Source: Escherichia phage JS98. From it: a DNA stretch of 64,000 nt. The notes beneath the pieces were generated by a model, which did no database searches, was not told where the DNA came from, and worked only from the letters and a program-made list of their open reading frames with translations. This document shows positions 61,533-64,000 of the stretch, in pieces. The stretch is from the sequence record NC_010105.1; one strand, written 5' to 3'. Position 1 is the stretch's first letter; each line of letters begins with the position of its first letter. Position numbers and translations under genes: made by a program.

Positions 61533-61561
61533 ATAGTATCATGTCTAATGGAGATGTAAAC
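61533..61561 (-). promoter_or_regulatory. T4-type early promoter
   Basis: rc GTTTAC, 17 nt, TACTAT. Confidence 0.5.
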
Positions 61562-61651
61562 TGATTTATGCTAATTTCCACAACAATAAACTAAAGCATA
61601 TACAAATAATTGGAATACAAGTCATCCAAATAAGGCACCACGTTTTGCTAC

Positions 61652-61912
61652 TCATAATACTATCTCTTTTATTTCCATAAACCCATCATTCAGTGCATGG
61701 CGGAGTTCATAATGGATATCTATACCATCGACATTATCTAATTTACCGTCGATAAGTTTTTGTAAATCTTTTTTTGACGCTATCAAAGGACGAAGAAATC
61801 TACAATTAGAAAGGGATAATTCCGTAATAACATCTTCACCTGATGCATCGTACATTGCGGCAACAACTTTACCCGTAACTTTGTGTTTAGCGTAATATAA
61901 TTTGATATCCAT
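61652..61912 (-). CDS. Hypothetical protein
   Basis: 86 aa; own early promoter. Confidence 0.5.
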   Translation of the reverse strand: MDIKLYYAKHKVTGKVVAAMYDASGEDVITELSLSNCRFLRPLIASKKDLQKLIDGKLDNVDGIDIHYELRHALNDGFMEIKEIVL

Positions 61913-61943
61913 TTTGTTTTCCTCTCATGTAGTTGATAGGAAG

Positions 61944-61973
61944 ATAGTAACACCATCCATGGCGTATGTAAAC
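61944..61973 (-). promoter_or_regulatory. T4-type early promoter
   Basis: rc GTTTAC, 18 nt, TACTAT. Confidence 0.45.
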
Positions 61974-61986
61974 ACTTATTTTAAAA

Positions 61987-62607
61987 TTATAAGGCGAGAT
62001 ACCAGCCGTTGTAATTACTCTTACGGACTAGCTTTTTGATGGATTCTCTGTCACCAGAGAACTTAGGAGTGAACAGGACGTCGCCTGCCTCATTTACTGA
62101 AGTGTCGAATATAATTATACAGTCTGCAACTTTATGATTCAAGAGCGGTCCTAGGTTTATCCCTGTTCCATAAGGGAAGTCACCCGAGTATCCTGTAGTG
62201 CAGGAAATCCACTTAGAATCGGATTGGTGGGTCTTGACCTCTACACGTAGCCCACAATACATAGGATGGGCTAAAACGTCCCAGGCGTAGGTATAAGGGT
62301 CGTCATGGTCTTCCAGACCGCTGTTGACATATCCTTTCAACCAATCAGCAACCATGTACTCTGCATACGTTGCAATAACACACCGAGTCAATACTTCTTT
62401 CTTATCTTGGGATGGGTCTTGGCTTAAGGAATACAATACGGTATCCTTAATCTTGACCTTCATTTCACCCGTTAAATCAGATGTCTTCAGGGTAAATGTC
62501 GGCATCTTCGACAGTCGAACTAGTCCCGGATTTGACGGATTCATAATCACCACCAATATACAATTCTTCGACGTGAACATTACCAAAATAGATACGAGAG
62601 TTTTCAC
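61987..62607 (-). CDS. denB: Candidate endonuclease IV (assigned by position; start uncertain, possibly 62544 or 62505)
   Basis: 206 aa track ORF; an internal ATG would give about 185 aa (T4 DenB size); sits next to rIIB as in T4. Confidence 0.45.
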   Translation of the reverse strand: MKTLVSILVMFTSKNCILVVIMNPSNPGLVRLSKMPTFTLKTSDLTGEMKVKIKDTVLYSLSQDPSQDKKEVLTRCVIATYAEYMVADWLKGYVNSGLEDHDDPYTYAWDVLAHPMYCGLRVEVKTHQSDSKWISCTTGYSGDFPYGTGINLGPLLNHKVADCIIIFDTSVNEAGDVLFTPKFSGDRESIKKLVRKSNYNGWYLAL

Positions 62608-62803
62608 TCAATTTACTGTGGTCTAATTTTTTAAGGTTTTCAACTGAATCGAAAATCACATCTGTTGCAAAAAGATGGCCTGTAGCTTTATCAGATTTGA
62701 TTACATCTACACAATAAACCTTATCGGCCACGTGATTACCTTGGAGATAACTATCTTTGATATCTTCGTCGCCCACGTTCATGAAATTAATCATTTTACT
62801 CAC
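62477..62803 (-). CDS. Hypothetical acidic protein
   Basis: 108 aa ORF. Confidence 0.45.
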   Translation of the reverse strand: MSKMINFMNVGDEDIKDSYLQGNHVADKVYCVDVIKSDKATGHLFATDVIFDSVENLKKLDHSKLSENSRIYFGNVHVEELYIGGDYESVKSGTSSTVEDADIYPEDI

Positions 62804-62993
62804 CGAAATAAGAAATACGAACCTCTAAACAATGAGCATATGCACCCATCGCGTCCAGTTGTGCAATAAGTAACCCTTGTTGACGGATATCAAGAGTTTC
62901 AAAAACACCACCTTTAATAAACTCTTCGAGAGCATTAATTTTCAGGACCAGTTGGTCATATTCTTCAATTACACGTGCTTGGAAACCTAACAT
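62796..62993 (-). CDS. Hypothetical protein
   Basis: 65 aa; ATG preceded by UAAUGAGGAAUU SD and hairpin. Confidence 0.5.
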   Translation of the reverse strand: MLGFQARVIEEYDQLVLKINALEEFIKGGVFETLDIRQQGLLIAQLDAMGAYAHCLEVRISYFGE

Positions 62994-63005
62994 AATTCCT
63001 CATTA

Positions 63006-63021
63006 GGAGGCCGAAGCCTCC
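63006..63021 (-). promoter_or_regulatory. Hairpin GGAGGC-UUCG-GCCUCC followed by SD, downstream of rIIB
   Basis: Same stem as at 23497-23512. Confidence 0.5.
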
Positions 63022-63031
63022 GTTTATTGAT

Positions 63032-64000
63032 TTAGTATTTGTATTCGTTTGCGAACTGTTCAGTGACGTCTTCCAGAACTTCATAATAACATACACGCAT
63101 TTTAGCATCACCATAATCAACCGGGATACTAACAACATCACGTGGGTTAACTTTGCATGAAACTACTTTACAGTTAGAGTTACCAAAATGACCAATATAG
63201 CTACGAGAGCAAACGTGCAGACCACTTGAACAAGTTACTTCATCATCGTCATTTACACGAGAACGTGGCATTTTAACTGGCTTACCTGGCGAGTTATCAA
63301 ACGTACCAGTACGGCAGTCGGTGTAATCAGAGTTAACAACTTTCCATGCGATAAAGTGGCCATCTTCAGTGATTTTGATATCGTTCGCGACCAGGAAGTC
63401 GAACAGACGCTGTACAGCTTTTTCACTTGGGTTTTCTAACAGATTCTCAAGGAACGGCAGGTAGAATTCAAAATCTTCGCCATTTTCCATTGAGGTGATA
63501 ATACGGTCAATCAACCCTGAACGCAATTCGATACCTTGATAAACCAGACGTCCACCTTCAATACGAACGTTACCTTTAACGAAAGCCTTAACAGCTTCTT
63601 TAATGGAAATCAGTTTAATCGCGTCATCAAAACGGGATTCTTTAAGGGCCTGTACGATGGCATCAAAATGTTTGTTCTTATTAGTGGTGTTCCATACTGT
63701 ACGGCCTTCAGTGATGGATACGAATTTAGAACTAGCGTTCCAGATAATTTCTGGACGAGAGCCACCAATAGTAACTTCAACCGGAACTACACGAGGCTCG
63801 TTAGGAACCGTTACTTTGATATTTCCGGTAATAGCCACTTGTGAACGTTTAGCTTCTTCAGCATTTTTCAGAACTTTACGGACCGTATCAACCGAGATAC
63901 CAAAATCTTCGGCCAGTTCAGATTGGGTATAATTACCTGAAGCATACATAGAAGTAATTAAGGTTTGTTCGTATTCAGAGACACATTTAATATTGTACAT
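63032..64000 (-). CDS. rIIB: rIIB
   Basis: 322 aa; N-terminus MYNIKC and internal blocks match recalled T4 rIIB; start codon is the last 3 nt of the window. Confidence 0.88.
   Translation of the reverse strand: MYNIKCVSEYEQTLITSMYASGNYTQSELAEDFGISVDTVRKVLKNAEEAKRSQVAITGNIKVTVPNEPRVVPVEVTIGGSRPEIIWNASSKFVSITEGRTVWNTTNKNKHFDAIVQALKESRFDDAIKLISIKEAVKAFVKGNVRIEGGRLVYQGIELRSGLIDRIITSMENGEDFEFYLPFLENLLENPSEKAVQRLFDFLVANDIKITEDGHFIAWKVVNSDYTDCRTGTFDNSPGKPVKMPRSRVNDDDEVTCSSGLHVCSRSYIGHFGNSNCKVVSCKVNPRDVVSIPVDYGDAKMRVCYYEVLEDVTEQFANEYKY

Overview
This 64 kb window is a contiguous, gene-dense segment of a T-even (T4-like) myovirus genome, collinear with T4 from the 3' part of gene 23 (major capsid) to the start codon of rIIB at the window edge. 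Structural and late genes lie on the + strand (capsid 23/24, baseplate hub 51-27-28-29-48-54, long tail fibre 34-35-36-37, adhesin 38, holin t); early and middle genes lie on the - strand (rnlB, hoc/inh, uvsY, 25/26, two alt paralogs, ligase 30, rIII, 31, cd, pseT, spanins, rnlA, denA, nrdB/nrdA, td, frd, 32, 59, 33, dsbA, rnh, asiA, arn, motA, 52, stp, ndd, rIIB). Many proteins are recognisable from memory of T4 sequences (e.g. Rnl2, Pnk, gp59, UvsY, Ndd, Stp, rIIB); others are assigned by motif plus conserved position. The tail-fibre tip is T2-type rather than T4-type: gp37 ends in an intramolecular-chaperone-like domain and is followed by a glycine-rich gp38 adhesin. No tRNA, CRISPR array, transposase, integrase or intron-encoded homing endonuclease was found; td and nrdB are uninterrupted. 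Recurrent regulatory signals are readable directly: at least 14 T4-type early promoters (GTTTAC-N17-TACTAT/TATAAT) on the - strand with a conserved SD leader, MotA-box middle promoters, TATAAATA late promoters, and many GC-rich UUCG/CGAA tetraloop hairpins acting as terminators. I did not find one clearly novel multi-gene system; the most unusual loci are (i) a duplicated cassette array of tiny membrane peptides and stp copies between gene 52 and ndd, (ii) tandem Alt ADP-ribosyltransferase paralogs together with a NADAR-like gene (and a tentative macro-like ORF), (iii) expanded blocks of early ORFs (frd-32 and pseT-spanin intervals) each with its own promoter cassette, including a tandem paralog pair, and (iv) a 350 bp non-coding, hairpin-rich gap next to rIII. 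All functional calls are from reading the sequence and recalled family knowledge; no database search was run. Manually derived coordinates may be off by 1-2 nt.
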